Assembly (NCBI GenBank): GCA_015069425.1
Contig: SVIP01000002.1
Location: forward strand, 102,048 to 166,047
DNA: 64,000 bases
Direction: 5' to 3'
DNA from: Clostridiales bacterium
GTDB taxonomy: Bacteria; Bacillota; Clostridia; Christensenellales; Borkfalkiaceae
Part shown: positions 63,893 to 64,000 of the stretch, piece by piece
Position numbering within the stretch: the first letter of the stretch is position 1
Layout: the number at the start of each line of letters is the position of its first letter
Translations under genes and position numbers: made by a program
The notes under the pieces: generated by a model
The model's database searches: none
What the model was told of the DNA's origin: nothing
Seen by the model: the letters and a program-made list of their open reading frames with translations, nothing else

Positions 63893-63925
63893 GAAAAAAA
63901 GACTTCTCGTGAAGTCTTTTTTTCT
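63893..63925. terminator. Bidirectional intrinsic terminator
   Basis: AAAAAAAGACTTC-TCGT-GAAGTCTTTTTTT. Confidence 0.75.
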
Positions 63926-63952
63926 TCTCCTACTGCTTTTATTGTCCGGAAG

Positions 63953-64000
63953 TTAGTCTATTTCATCCCCCGTCAACTGCTCGTAAAGGCTCATTGCGTT
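63953..64000 (-). CDS. 3' end of an unidentified gene entering from beyond the window
   Basis: Open minus-strand frame ...NAMSLYEQLTGDEID* ending at TAA (63955-63953), just upstream of the shared terminator. Too short to identify. Confidence 0.3.
   Translation of the reverse strand, partial: NAMSLYEQLTGDEID

Overview
This is an AT-rich chromosomal segment from a spore-forming Firmicute (Clostridia-like). It holds about 60 protein genes, nearly all on the minus strand and mostly housekeeping. The main blocks are an eight-gene aromatic amino-acid supraoperon (aroF-tyrA-aroB-aroA-aroC-pheA-aroE/K-aroQ), spoIIGA-sigE-sigG, lepA-hemW, rarA-tex, rsmD-coaD, ppdK, yqfC-yqfD-pgpH-ybeY-era, yqzL-recO, an M-box riboswitch with mgtE, a P-type Ca2+-ATPase, the tmk-holB-ricT-rsmI block, greA-lysS and rplI. 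I saw no rRNA, tRNA, CRISPR array, transposase or integrase. Four things stand out. (1) A 21-codon leader ORF with seven consecutive Tyr/Phe codons sits directly upstream of the aro operon, with a consensus promoter and an intrinsic terminator; it is a candidate ribosome-mediated attenuator. (2) A family of roughly 100-125 nt structured intergenic elements occurs at three loci (five copies). Each intact copy is closed by a 14-18 bp helix whose sequence differs between loci but stays complementary. One copy incorporates the era stop codon, and two lie between the mgtE promoter and the M-box. (3) A 6 x 42-bp phased tandem array with dyad-symmetric cores lies between era and yqzL-recO. (4) An AT-rich, XRE-controlled three-gene module encodes zinc-ribbon membrane proteins. 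Three small genes missing from the ORF track (ferredoxin, YqzL-like, DUF1540-like) were found by eye. All calls rest on motif recognition and hand folding; no database search or folding program was run.
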